Shown in pieces: positions 40,966-54,499 of a stretch of DNA of 64,000 nt. The stretch is from the human T2T-CHM13v2.0 reference genome, Homo sapiens: assembly GCF_009914755.1 (NCBI RefSeq), contig NC_060933.1. One strand, written 5' to 3'. How positions within the stretch are numbered: the first letter of the stretch is position 1; every line of letters starts with the position of its first letter. Under the pieces are notes generated by a model that ran no database searches, was not told where the DNA came from, and worked only from the letters and a program-made list of their open reading frames with translations. The position numbers and the translations under genes are program-made.

Positions 40966-41829
40966 ATGTAATAAAAATTCTAGATTATTTTGATTAACTC
41001 ATGCTGCAGATTTTTTAAAAACAATGGCTAAATAATTTACATTCATAGAGATAATTAAACCTTTTTCTCATTTCCATTAATGTTAATCATACCACAAATG
41101 AGACATTATTTAAACACTTAAGAATATCTTAATATATAGGGTAACCCTAAAGGAAAATGCACATTGAGAGGATCTATAATATTGAGCAGCAATAAAAAAT
41201 ATTTTCTTTTGAATTTAAATATTGCTTTATGTGGACATTATTCTGTTTGAAGTTTCCTTCCCATCAAATATTGACCATTCAGCTTCAATTGATAAGAAAA
41301 ACTCTTGAAACTATCATCATAACTAATCACTGTTTAAATTGTTTAGGGAAATATTATCTATAAGAAAATTATTAAGTATGAGATAATTATGTACCATTAA
41401 TTCAAGGTATTTTTTTAAAAGTTTAAAAAGTGAGAATTGTCAAAATTAAAGAACAGCAAAGCTAAACTTGCATCAATCATTACTCATAGGCATAAATTTG
41501 GCTTGTGAAAAGCACTTTTAAATTTATGAAATGTAACTATAGTAATGATGTGAATACAATGCAGGAAAAAATAAAAGAAACCTTAATTATGGATAGTCAT
41601 ATATTAATTAGAGCTTGCCGGCTTCATTTAAGTATGTGACTTATTACACCTATCAGAAATTATTAGAACCCCTAACTGCAGTGTGGGTAAAACTTCCCAC
41701 CATTCAAAGCTCTTCCACTTTTTATCCAAGTAACGTATGTCAATTCAATGTTTATGTAAGCCAGAGACCATCTCTTCTTTACCTCTATCTTAACTCTATT
41801 AATTCTGACATTATTCCTGATTTATTCTC

Positions 41830-43060
41830 ATACTTTTATTCCTTTATTCATTCGACAAATATTTGTTGCCTTCTTTCTGTATGTCAGACACTATTCCAAA
41901 GAATCAAGTAGCACAAATTCCTGCCTTCCTGGGGCTTATGATCCATAGATAGTTGTAGGCTAAAACAAAAGTAAATATATAGAATAGAGAAAATATTTAA
42001 AAATAATTTTCAAAGAAAAACGAAAGAGGAAATACTGAATACTGGAGTTTTAGGGTGAAAATGGGGTACAATTTAAAATAAACTATTTGACATACATATT
42101 ACCAAAAACATAAGATTTGACTAAAGACTTGCAGATTATCTATGGAAAGTACAACCCGAGAGAAAGAAACAGCTAATGCAAATACCTTAGGAACTATAAA
42201 GAAATCTGTATGGATAGAGAGCAGAATATTTGGCAAGAATATAAGGAGATGCTCAAATAAAGAAAGAAGAGTTGAGAACACAGCAGAAATGTATGACTCA
42301 CTGTCATAGTTTTTGTCTTTATTTTATGACAGGAAACTATTATGCAGTTCTGAGCAAAAAGGAAGTATGATACTCATTTAAGATTTTTAAAGTTTTATTT
42401 TACTTACAATCACCTCAAGTAAGTGTACGTATGTATGGGGTATATTGTGATGTTTTAATACATATATACATTGTATAATGATCAAATCAGGGTAATTAGT
42501 ACATCCATCACTTTAAACATTTATCCTTTCATTGTGGTGATAATATTCAAAATCTTCTCTTCTAGCTATCTTAAAACATGCAACGCATTATTATTAGCTA
42601 TAGTCACACTGCTGTGTAGAAGAACAGCACCTTCTCTCACTCTGATACTGAGAATAGATGGGAAACTGTGGAAGCAGAGAAACCAGTGAGGAGGTTCTTG
42701 CAGTAATGCCAGTGAGAAACTATATGTGGCTTTTACCTGGATAGTAGTGATGGAGGAAATGAGAAGTGTTCCAACTCTGAATATTTGTTGAATGTATAAT
42801 CAAAGGATTCCCTTACAAAATGTATATGGGATATGAGAGACAGATGTCAAGAATGTTCCTAAGATTTTGGCCTAAACAACTGGAAAAACTGAATTGAGAT
42901 GAAGAAGGCTGAAAATGTAACATGAGTGAAAGGTAAGGTCAAAAGGTGGGTTCAGAAAAGTTTTTTTTTTATAAAATGTCTATTTTACTTTAGTGAAAAT
43001 GTTGAATATGCAATTATATACATGAGCCTGGAGTTCAGGACTGACATCATACTGGACATA
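41830..43060 (-). mobile_element. L2 remnant, interrupted by an L1MA fragment
   Basis: attcattcgacaaatatttg 3' end; aattcctgccttcctggggctta; ttttggcctaaacaactgga; ctggagttcagg. Confidence 0.75.
42383..42630 (-). mobile_element. L1MA 3' end fragment
   Basis: tgtataatgatcaaatcagggtaattag...ctcttctagctat. Confidence 0.85.
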
Positions 43061-43099
43061 TACTGTGGGTGTTTCTTTAGCCCAGAAATGGGACTTAAA

Positions 43100-45040
43100 A
43101 TTTTAAAAGATCATCAGACAAGTGAATTTACCTTCACCTTAATATCTAATCAAGTTACTTATCCCTCTATCCTTGATCTCCAGTTAGGTTTCTCTTTCCC
43201 CACCCTTGATATCTAATCAAGTTTCTCTTTCACCACTTTTTATACTTAACCAGAGTCCTCTTATCAATTTTCCATTCACTAAGCTTCTCACTTGGCCTGT
43301 TGACCATAAATTCCAAGCTGCCCCTGTTATGATCAGAGTTGAACTCAATTCTATACAGAAATATTGCTCTTCTACAGATTAGACTGAATACAATTTGTCT
43401 TATTATTTTTAATAAGTGTCTGGTATAATTTTTCTCTTTAATAGTTCTGGCGCCATGACTAACATATGATTATATTCACTGTTAGACCCACAGATTTTGT
43501 GCTCAGGACCTCAAGTGCACACCTTTGAAGACTTTGTCTTCACACCTCACTGATTGATTTATGTTATAGCCTGAAAGTTTGTGTCCTGCCAAAATTCATT
43601 TTGAAATCCAATCTTTGAGGTGATGGTATAAGCGGTTGGGACCATTGGAAAGTAACTAAGTTACAAGAATAGATTAGTACCCTTATTAGAAGTGGCCTGG
43701 AAGCTAGCTAACTCTTTTTCTACCATGTGAGGATATAAGAAGGCTGTCATCTGCAAACAGGAAGAGCGCCCTCACTGGGATCCAATCATGTCATACCCTT
43801 ATCTCATTTCCGGCCCTCAGAACCACCAGAAATAAATTTCCATTGATAATAAGCCACCCAATCTACGGCACTTTGTTACAGCATCCAAAATGCTGACTAG
43901 GACAGAACCTTAGATTTATGACATGGAAAATTATCGTTGAATTTTGGTTGAATTTTTGTACTTTGGTATTTAGAATGCCCTTTCTTTGGAACAAATAGAG
44001 ATCTTGCTTCATTTTCTTTGTAAAGTTCTAATTTGTACAGGTGTCTTTAGGATTTTCTTTCTTTTTTGTTGTTATTTTTGAGCTTCCTTTCCCCATGGAA
44101 ATTCTCATTCTTCTGATTCTCCTCCTCTGAAGATTTCTGCTGACTTTTCATGAACTATGACAGTTAACTTTGTCTAGTTTCTTCCTTGTTGGCATGATTT
44201 TACCAATAATAATTTGGACCTTCAATGGCTTCTTTGGAAAATTTAAGATCTCCCAAAACTGACCTCTCTCTTCCCATCACCTCTGCTCTCCTATCTTTTT
44301 ACCACACTTGATCTTCCCTTCAGCAACCTTAATCATTCAATTTATCCTCCTTCTAAACTTCTGTCTCTTCTATCCATCTGTTCACTCTTGCTAGTCCTTT
44401 TGCTGCTTCCCACTGTAGCCCCTCAACCTCCTAAAGTGTTTGAACTTTAGGCTCCCTCTACGCACCGGGGGCTTTCAAAGGACTGAGGAACCCCAACTTA
44501 GGCTTAATAGTGAAACTCACATGTTTACTAGATATTTAAGATTATTAAAATTATAAATTTGATTTTAAATTGAATTATTATTCTGACAAAGTTTATTTCA
44601 ACAATAATCATATTTAAATGTCTTTCTAAATATACTTTCCAAACATTTTCTGGTCACTTGCAACCTTAGACCTATGCTATGTTAAGTGAAAGAAGTTCAT
44701 TAAATATCCATATAATTTCTAAGTAAATAACTATTGAAACATTCATTACCAACCATGTTTAAATTTATATATTTCTGGCTTCATATTTTTATATGACAAA
44801 GCAAGGCCGAATATATTTGGATGTTAATAAATATGTTCTTTTTGCCACACTGAAAAATTGTATTTGAGGAATCGTACTTATGCAAATCATGAGACAATAT
44901 ATTCATACACTTTGCTATTTGGCCACAAAATGCTAGCATATTACAGAAAGTACACAGTTATCTAATTCTTAGCACTTTTCTGTAAAATAAATATTACCAG
45001 TGGTTAACAATCATAATCAATATATGTAAATAAAACTACT
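43100..45040 (+). mobile_element. ERV1 MER4-group remnant: MER31/MER67-like LTR (to about 43443) plus internal sequence
   Basis: LTR-end motif gagttgaactcaat...taagtgtctggtataatttttctctttaata, followed directly by PBS-like tggcgccatgact and then internal-like sequence. Confidence 0.6.
43562..43904 (+). mobile_element. MLT1A-like MaLR LTR within the ERV1 remnant
   Basis: tgttatagcctgaaagtttgtgtcc...gaaataaatttcc...taagccacccaatctacggcactttgttacagc...gactaggaca. Confidence 0.85.
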
Positions 45041-45187
45041 TGAGTTCTTAAGCCCAACTATAGCATTAGGTTCAATCCTGTTGTCATTTGTTTAAAAGAA
45101 ATTATGGCCAGATATCACCTTGAATATTCAGTGACAAGATGTCAGGAACTTAAGGTTATATTCCTTGAGCAACTTGCAGAGGTGGAT

Positions 45188-45485
45188 TGTAGAATATGCT
45201 GTCACTTCCTGTCCATATTTCATCAAGACATGCCATTGTGAGGGCACTTTGGCTCAATTTCCAACTGCTAGCATATGCATCTGTTTAGCTGAGGGATTTC
45301 TGTGTTAGCGGAACCTGTTGAGCCTGTGTGCTAAGAGGCCAGAAATACTGGTAATTTTATACTTCTAACTGGGGTGTATGTACTCCCTCTTGGGAGCAAT
45401 ACTTCTGGATGGCTAATTAGAATTGAGGCACATATATCCCAGTTTCTTGCCCCTGAGGTGAAAAAAACTCTGATGGACATGTCCT
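45188..45485. mobile_element. LTR16-like ERVL LTR fragment
   Basis: tgtagaatatgctgt start; ggccagaaatactgg; atatcccagtttcttgcccctgaggtg..aactctga. Confidence 0.55.
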
Positions 45486-46699
45486 TGAAAATGATTCAAG
45501 TAGTTATACACAACTGTTTCATGATCAACAGCAGGGCTTATGTTTGTTTTATAACTGATATAACCTGAGTACCTAGAACACTGCAGAGTGCACAATAGTC
45601 AGTCAAGTAATATAAGTCCTGGCATATAGTAGAAGGTACTATATGACCCAGTAAGTAAATTAATTGATGAATTAATTTCCTACAAATTAACATATAAGCC
45701 ACAAGATAGTGGAAAGACCTGACGACATGTGTTTGTGAATTGTGTTTAAATTAATTTTGGGTTGTTTTTGTTGTTGTTTGGTAGGGGAGGTGGGAAGGTT
45801 ATGCATGATACCAGCGTCAGTCTATAAATGAATTACAGCAATTTTATCAGCCGATGCCATAATGAAGAAAATATACATGGAGTCAGCAGTCACTGGAGAT
45901 AACGTAATCAAACTTACAAATAGTTAGTAGTTGTAATTAAATGAAACTGCCTATTGATTCTTGCTTATCGTAGATGTATTGAATAGCGAAAGAACAAGAT
46001 TTCACATTTGCCTGTTAGTTTTAGACACTTGGTTTCCTAAAGGCAAAGGGATAGAACTATATGATTTGTGGAGGTCTCTTATGGCTCTTTGAATAAAAGT
46101 TTAGTTTAATTTCAAGTAAAGGCTATGAAAAGTTATCATTTAAAATAAAATTGATTTATCAACTACCTATATTTTCTCTTTCAGCTTCTTTCTATATCTC
46201 TAAGAACATGAGGAATAACAAAAACAAACGAAAATATCTACAAATACCTGACACCCATGAAGAAAGATAACAGAAAACCTAATTCTATTATTTTGAAAAA
46301 CTTTTACAAATAGGCAGATGTAACTGATTTGAGAAAAATGTAATATAAACTCTTTTATGGTATCCACCTCATAAAGCAGAATTCTTAATAAACAGGTAGA
46401 AAGATATTTTATACTCTCACCACCTCTTCTCCTGACTGTATGTCCCAGTGTTTGGAAACAAACATATAAACAATCAAGAATCAAAAACTGGACTGCCTTA
46501 TCCTCACTGTGCATGCGATACTTCTGGAAATGTCTAGATCCAGTGTTATTCTTTTCATCTCACTGTTTTTGAATACTTAGCGCAATTTTTCTAGGAAGAC
46601 AAGTAGTGAGTAATTATCTTACTTTAAGTGTGTGAGGAGATGGGGAGAAAACTAGTAGTGCTGTCTATTAGGATGAAAATAGTTCAATGTACCTAAGAA

Positions 46700-47615
46700 C
46701 ACGTTGTCAAATCTTGGTGAAATTTGCCTCCTCAATATTTCACAATCTTTTCTACTCCACTAGTTTCCCCCAGATGCAAGCACTTGACCTCTGCAGTAAC
46801 TTCCTAACATTCCCCACCTCCTTCCTTTTCTTAAGCTTTTTTCCTCAAAGACCTTTCAAAATGCAAATCTTAACAGGTAACTCCTTTATTAAAACCATTC
46901 AATGGTTTCCCAATGGTCTTAGAAAGAATAAATAAAGCTGCTAGAAGAGAGGACTTGAAATGTTTTCAACACATAGAAATGACAAATGCTTAAAGCCATG
47001 GACACCTCAAATACCCTGACTTGATCATTACATATTCTATGCATGTAACAAAATAGCACATGTACCCCAAAATATTTAAAATATTATATCAACAAAAATA
47101 ATTAAATAATTAAATAAGCCTAACAGCCTATGAAACCTGTAGGTCATGGACTTACATTTGTGCTAAGAGTCATCTCCTGCTCCTTTCTTCTCCTTCTGTG
47201 CACGTCAGTCAAATACACTGGTATTCTTTTAGTTCTCCAAACATGACATCCTCTCTTCTGTCCTATGTCACTGTGCATTCATTGTTTCTTCTGGGAATTT
47301 TCCCTCTCATATTTCTTTTAATTTAGATCACTCATTATTCCTCGATATCTCAGGTCAAAGATTACTTCCTTGGGAAAGTGTTCCTTGACCAGCAAAACGC
47401 AATAGTCCTTTCCATTCTCTTATTGTTAAAGTTATCATCATATTTCCAATTACACATTTCTGTTATTTTTTGATTATTGCATTTTCTGTGTTACCTTAAA
47501 CACATACCCCAAGAGAATAGCAACTGTCTTGTTTTATTCACCATTTATTCCTCACCAATTAACACAGTGTCCAGCACTGGGTAGATGTTCAATACATATA
47601 TGTTGAATGAATTAA
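46700..47615 (+). mobile_element. L2 3' remnant interrupted by an L1MA 3' end
   Basis: cattcaatggtttccca; cacagtgtccagcac..atgttcaatacatatatgttgaatgaatt terminus. Confidence 0.75.
46936..47118 (+). mobile_element. L1MA 3' terminal fragment
   Basis: gctagaagagaggacttgaaatg...taccctgacttgatcattaca...catgtacccc. Confidence 0.85.
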
Positions 47616-48324
47616 TAAATGGAGGTTATAGGAGAAGATAAAGTTTAGTAGAGTAAATCTGTATTAGGTAAAGCCCTGCTAAGAAAATTAGAATTGATTA
47701 GAAATTATAATCAAGCTGCAATTACACTTATAAATCAGAAAAAGATAATTGTCAACTCAGAACTGCACATCATGCAGGGACAATGGAAGCTCAATCATTA
47801 CATAAAAGGCTTCTGATTACATATAACTTATCCAAAGGCAACTTAATATTCAACATAAATAGTCTATAGAAAGCTAGTACAGAATACTATCTTGGAAAAT
47901 CAGAATTTGAGCAAAGCATTAAAAATTATCAATGGCAGGAACAAGTATAAACTTAAAATATGAGTGAATATTAAGTTTTAATAGAATAAAATTTTTAAAA
48001 AGCTCTATTAAATATAAGCAGAAAGCCTTTTGTGTAGAATCAACTCAGTTGAAAAGATGAAGGATAGAGATGAAAAGATAAGGTAGGATAAGCATGATGA
48101 ATAAGCAAAGGAGTATTACAAAGAAACACATAAGAGCACTTATGATGGGAATACAGTTAAATACACTGTAATGAAATAGAAATACAAAGTAAGGGAATTA
48201 AATAGTGAGGAAAAAGACTGATGGCCATCAAAAATCCACATTGTTTTGAGTGGAAAAATAAAGCAAATTATGAAAAATATACTTATTACTAGGCACAGAA
48301 CTATCATTCTACAAAAGTGATATA

Positions 48325-48368
48325 ACATGTACCCTAAAACTTAAAGTATAATAATAATAATAAAAAAA
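48325..48368 (+). mobile_element. About 44-bp young L1PA 3' terminus
   Basis: acatgtaccctaaaacttaaagtataataataat followed by an A run. Confidence 0.8.
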
Positions 48369-48369
48369 C

Positions 48370-48895
48370 TGTGAATGATCTGAGATTTTGTTGAGCATAC
48401 CACAGTTTCACAAAGTCCGGAAAAAGACAGGAGACTCCTGGGTCAAAAACAAAGAACTTATTATTTATGGACCAAAATGCAGCATGAGCTCTATGTTTGC
48501 ATCTGTTTCTCTTACCCCCAAAGTCCCACAAGTGTGATGTGGAGTGGCCAAAATGGATAATGTACACGAAGTGGGTTATGCTACCATTGAGGAAGCCAAA
48601 GCTTAGGAAACTACGGTCTTTTAAAAGAGGCTTTAAGGAGGAGCTTTTAAGGATACTAGAAGCAAACCTTCTCAATCATTGCTCCAGAGAGAGTCAATAC
48701 CTTTATTATTTTGGAAAGCCAATGAATCTGCCTTATGCTCTTGAGGGAGGCGCTATTTCTGTATCAAAAGGCTGTCAGGTACACAAATTCTTAAAACAAA
48801 ACAAAAAAAAAACCTCTTAAAAATAATCTGTAATTCATCTGCTCCAAAGATATCCAGCAACCCAAAGCCTCCATGGAGAATTGGCTGGTAATCTC
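48370..48895 (-). mobile_element. LTR40-like ERVL LTR
   Basis: tgtgaatgatctgagatttt, gagactcctgggtca and ccatggagaattg match recalled LTR40 termini. Confidence 0.65.
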
Positions 48896-49664
48896 CCCCC
48901 ACCCAAAAAACCCTACATAAATATTATAATTTTTTTCTAGGATAAAAAAACACTTAAGAAAAGAAATATATATCTTGTTCATAAGTTGAAAGGCTCAATA
49001 TTATTAAACACATAATTATTATATATGTGTCTTTGTGTGCCTGTACACAACATCTATCTATCCATCTGTCATCTATCTATCTCTATAATCCACATATATG
49101 AAGAGAGATATTTCTAGTTTAAACTAAAGGAGAGTAAACAATTATTTAATCTTGGATTAAGAATATCTTGTAACTCCTCTTGCAGACTTTTATATTTGAA
49201 AAAATAAACTGACAGATTTAAGATCTTTGTATTTCAAAAAAACCTTACTAAATATTCACTCATATTCAAAAAAAGGTAAAAAACTAAAATATATATAATT
49301 TAATAAATAATTTTATACTATAGTATAAAGTGGTAATGCCCTTACTATCTCTTGTATTATAAAGCAATTAGAAAAATTAATCTCTTAAACCCATAATATT
49401 AAGAAAATCAGTAAACACAAAATTTTAAATTAATGAAAAAAGATTATAAATGATGGATTAAAAATAAAGAAATAATACTAAATGTATCTATTAAGCAGAA
49501 ATACATAAATAATATAAATTTATATACTTCTTCTTAGACTATAAATTTGGCAAAGATTTAAAGACCCAACAAAACTAGTATTAAGGAAAGCACATGTAAA
49601 TATTTTGTGTTGGGAACAAGCATCAATTAATCAAAACTTTAGGGAGAAAATGTTAAATTATATA

Positions 49665-52600
49665 TGTATCTATTACATGCAGCTGTGTAATATGTTACAT
49701 CATTCAGGAGCATCTTGACTAGGCAGCTCTGGTTCAGGGTCTCGTATAAAATTATAATTATTTATCAGCCAGAGCTAAAGTAATCTAATTGTTTGACTGG
49801 GGCTGAAGGATCCATTTCCTAGGTAGCTTATTCACATGGCTGGTAAATTAGTGCTAGAAAGTTGATTTGTATCCACCCGGGCCTCTCAACACGGCTGCTT
49901 AGGGGTTCTTATTACATGGCAACTTACTTTTCTCAGTCTGAGCCAGCAAGAGACCAACACAGGCATTCCTATGTCATTTATGACCTAGCCATGAAAGTTA
50001 TATACCATCATCTTGGCAGTATTGTCATGATCACACAGGTAGCCTAATTCAGTACTGGAGAGCACTACACAAGATCAGGAACACCACAAGGTGAGGATTA
50101 TTGACAGCCATCTTGGAAGGTGGAGCATCACAGTCTCCCTCTGGCCTCCAATAATTCACATCACTCCAAAATGTAAATTATACTACACTTCTTCTCCAAG
50201 GCCTTCAGATATCTCAAGAAACTACAGAATAAGCATGAAGTAAGTCCAAGATTTCCTCATCTAAGTCAGATTCAAGTGTGGATGGAACCTATTGGGTAGA
50301 GTTCTTCAATTACAATTCTTGATCTAGACATCTGTAAGTTAAACATGTTTGCCTCTCATAAATCCCGCATCAATGTTAATATAGGCTTATTATAAGCATT
50401 ATAAACACTCCTGTTCAAAATAGTGGGGGCAGGTATGGAGGCAGTTAGGAATCGGTAATTCACAATATTTCTGAAAACCAGCAGGAAAGATGTAGGCAGT
50501 TCTTTAACAATGGCTCAAAGCGTGGAATGTTACCTCTTTTTAGACCCTTAGTCTTCCATTATGAGTGTGTTTCCTTTTTCTATAAATGGTAGCCTCAGTT
50601 TACAGTAGAATAATTTTGTCAGCCTGACCTCTGTGTATAAAAGTTCAGGAGTTTAAAGGTTTGTTTTTGACTGTGTCTAGACCTTTCAGTTCAAAATATC
50701 AGTATGTCTGATAATACAGTTCTCTTAAAAACTTTGGGTTTTCTATGATTTGCAGTCACTTCATTAGAAAAAAAAAATCAACATATCTCTTTAAAATAAG
50801 CCCTTGTTCTTTTTGAGTTTTTTCTCTGGGTATGCCAAAGGACAATTCCTTAAGATCTTACAAGGATCTGTTATTTGACTCAACAATTCTTTGAAACATT
50901 GTAAGGTTTTATAAAAGAATTTTTCTATCACCCTCATGTGTTTATTTTTAGCTTGTGCTTTCCTGAGAGTACTTTGGATTTGATCTTCCCCACAAGACCA
51001 TTTCTTAATTTATCATCATTTGCCATTTGAAGAAGCTACAGATAAATCTTGTATTTTTTACACGTAACAGTTGTTTTTAGCTTCTCTTTCTCCTTATGTA
51101 CATTGTATTCTATAACAGTAGCAAGTAGCCAGGGAGAACATTCAACATTTTGCCAAGAAATCTCCTTAGGGTAATCATTCATTTTATCATGTGTTTTCCA
51201 CCTTCCATACTACTGTAAATACCAATGCTGCTAAATACAATTACATCATAAGAATCTCACATGATTAAGCTCCCAGTAATATCATTTTCTTTTTTCTTTT
51301 TAGCAACATTTTATTTTAGATACAGGGACAATATGTGCAGGTTTCTTCCATTGGAATATTGCATGATTCTGAGGTTTAAGGTACAGATCCCATTACCCAG
51401 GTAGTGAGCATAGTACCCGATAGTTTTTCAATTCATGTTTCCTACCCAATAGTCCGCAGTGTCTATTGTTCCCATATTTATGTCCGTGTGTGCTCAGTGT
51501 TTAGGTCCCAATGATAAGTGAGAACATATGGTACTTGGTTTTCTGTTCCTGCGTGAATTTGCTTAGGATTATGGCCTCCAGCTCCACCCATATTGCTGTG
51601 AAGGAGATGATTTCATTCTTTTTTTCTAGATGCATAGTATTCCATGGTGTATATGTACCACGTTTTCTTTATCCAGTCTACTGTTCGTAGGCACCTTGGT
51701 TGATTCAATTTCTGTTATTGTAAAGAGTGCAGTGGTGAACATATAAATGTGTATCTCTTTTTAGTAGAATGATTTATTTTCTTTTTGGTATATATCCAAT
51801 AATGGGATTGCTGGGTAGAATGGTAGCTCTGTTTTATGTTCTTTGAGAAATCTCCAGACTGCTTTCCACAGTGGCTGAACTAATTTATATTCCCACCAAC
51901 ATTCCCTTTCCTCCTCAGCCTCACCATTGGCTGTTGTTTTTTGACTAAGCCAATAACATTTTCTTTAAGTGCTCACTGACAGCCTCCTTAAGGAGAAGAG
52001 AACTTCCACAGCAGTCTCTTCATGGTTTTTTGGAACTTTACTAACACTTTCCTCCTGCCTTTCCAGCTTAACTCAATGCCTAGCCAGTCTATGTTTATAG
52101 CCACTCCACGTTTATAGGTTTTGTTATGGCAGCATCCCACCTACTAGTATCTACATTGGTATCAGATATCTATCGCTGTGTACCAAACTGCAACATCATA
52201 AAGTTGCTTAAAACAATAATAACTCAGTTATTATCTCTTACAGTTTCTGTGGGTCACAAGCTCTGGAGCTGTGTGGCTGGCAGTTTGGACTCTAAGTTAT
52301 TCATGTTGTCTTCACACATCGACCAGGGCTACAGTCATCTGAAAGCTTTTCTGCTGCTGGTGAATCTGTTTCCATGGTGACTCACTTACATGGCTGGCAG
52401 GTTGTTGCTGATAAGTTGGTTCCTTTCCACGTGAATCTCTTCAAAGGAATGCTTAAGTGTCCACATTGTATAGCAGATGGATACCCCCAGAGCAAAGGTA
52501 CTAAAACACCAAGGTAAAATATATAATACCTTTATGATCTATCTATTCAAGTCCAAAACTCTCACTCTGCCATAGCTTACGGCTGACTCAGTTCAGCCCT

Positions 52601-52686
52601 AGTTAAAATGGGAGATGGACTACACAGAGGCATAGATACCAGAAAGCAATGTTCACTGGAGGTAATATTTAAGGCTGCCTATCACA
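49665..52686 (-). mobile_element. Two-LTR MaLR provirus (MLT1H-like): 5' LTR about 52158-52686, internal region, 3' LTR about 49665-50131
   Basis: Two homologous LTRs in the same orientation; MaLR internal start (gtgggatgctgccataacaaa on minus) and purine tract (ggccagagggagac); candidate TSD atata at 49660-49664 and 52687-52691. Confidence 0.75.
51290..51948 (-). mobile_element. L1PA15/16-like 3' fragment inside the MLT1 internal region
   Basis: gatcccattacccaggtagtgagcatagtaccc; TSD-like aatatcattttc / aataacattttc. Confidence 0.88.
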
Positions 52687-53423
52687 ATATATCAAAAACC
52701 TTTTTAAAGCTTCATGATATAGGTCATATATATTCCTAGGTTTATAAAAGAGAGGTATAAAAACAATTTCTATTTTTTTCAAAGTTTCCTCTTCTAAATT
52801 CATATATCTTTTATTGTCAACTAAACTCATAAAATCGAAATCAAATGTCTTTACCAGAAAATAGAATATATATCTTATTTGTTGTGACTTTATATACTCT
52901 TTATTTCTCTTGCATCCAATTTATTTCTGAATTTATACTTCTCTTACTTTGGTATGGATAATACTGTCTTTACCTCATACATTATTTGGCATGCTATGTC
53001 ACCTCAAACTACTGGATTGTCACCTTGTTTTACCCAGAACCTTAGAAAATCCTAACAGTTACTTATTATAGAGTTGTACTTGTGCTCAGTACTGAATGGT
53101 GGTAATCATTTTTTTAAATGAATCCTTAAATTTTATTGAGACAAAAATGTTTCTTCTTCATTGTATTAGATTTCAAATCAGTTTTAAAAAGTACGTAGGA
53201 CTTAAACTTATTAAACAATAAAAAATAGAATTGTCCCAAACAAATGAGATGATAGTTTGCCTTTGTGATGTTTGCTAAATTGTCCCTTCCAACAAGCTTT
53301 CATTTTTCCTTGCCTAATAAGAAACAAAATTAAATCAAACTGCAAAAATAGACAAAATAAGAGAGAGAAGGGAGGACATCGTCAATTGTCTTGTCTCTGT
53401 TTGTTTAAACACCCTGATATCTT

Positions 53424-53507
53424 TTATTATTTAGGCAGATTGTCATTATGGTTATTATTTAGGCAGATTGTCATTATAGTTATTATTTAGGCAGATTGTC
53501 ATTATGG
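53424..53507. repeat. 28-bp tandem repeat x3
   Basis: ttattatttaggcagattgtcattat(g/a)g x3, directly upstream of an Alu. Confidence 0.95.
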
Positions 53508-53790
53508 CTGGGTGCGGTGGCTCACACCTGTAATCCCAGCACTTTTGGAGGCTGAGGCGGGCAGATCACAAGGTCTAGAGATCGAGAGCATCCTGGCCAA
53601 CATGGTGAAACCAGGCTCTACTAAAAATACAAAAATTAGCCGGGAGTGGTGGCATGCGCCTGTAGTCCCGAGTGAGGCAGGACAATTGCTTGAACCTGGG
53701 AGGCAGAGGTTTCAGTGAGCCAAGATCATGCCACTGCACTCCCACTTCAGCCTGGCAACAGAGCAAGACCCCATCTCAAAAAGAAAAAAA
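53506..53790 (+). mobile_element. AluSc-like SINE with a short internal deletion
   Basis: gatcacaaggtctagagatcgag..catcctggccaacatgg; agctactcggg missing from the right arm. Confidence 0.9.
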
Positions 53791-53802
53791 TATATATACA
53801 AT

Positions 53803-53835
<33 letters not shown>

Positions 53836-53861
53836 CAGACAGATAGATAGATCTATAGATA
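53803..53861. repeat. (GATA)n microsatellite at the Alu tail
   Basis: Visible directly, with GACA interruptions. Confidence 0.95.
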
Positions 53862-53904
53862 CATCATTTTTACCAAATGTGGGATCTAAGGCAAGAGATT
53901 GAAT

Positions 53905-54045
53905 GCCTTTTTTTCCTCATTTTCAAAGGGAATAACATTGTTATCAATTTTGTAGGACTGTTGAGAGCATTAAATAGTACCACACACATAAAGTGTTTAT
54001 AAAGATATCTGGTTGCAAGCATTCAATAAGTAACAGTTATTATTT
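53905..54045 (+). mobile_element. MIR fragment
   Basis: tttcctcatttt..ggaataac..taggactgttgagagcattaaat...tcaataagtaacagttattatt. Confidence 0.65.
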
Positions 54046-54499
54046 TTGATGAAACAGCCATTTTACCTACAACATGTATACAACTGTGAGATACTGAGTC
54101 ATTTTCAGTAAGTGTATATTTTGTAGCAAAAAATAAATACACTTCTTTGTGTAGTAATTACAACCTTTATTTAATTCACGGTTTAGTGTCTGACATACCT
54201 TTCTGCTAAAGTGTGTGAATCAAATTATTTTGTTTACATTTGATTTGGCCATAATAACAGAAAGATGTTGGAATGTTTCATTTTGTTCCTTTTCGTTACT
54301 AGGTTTTCATCATCAGAAATAAGTAAATAAATAAATGTATAGATTTTAAAATATATATGTATGTGGTTTTTTGTGTGTATATATACATATATATTTATAT
54401 GTGCATACGTTCTAATGGTTAGGATGTAAGATAGTCCTTTTGGGGGCATGTCCCTCTATCTAACTTTACTCAGCTGCAAAAGCAACATTGTTTCCCAAG

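Noticed and set aside
53424-53507. 28-bp repeats as a CRISPR array
   Set aside because: The units are contiguous with no spacers, the context is primate, and there are no cas genes.
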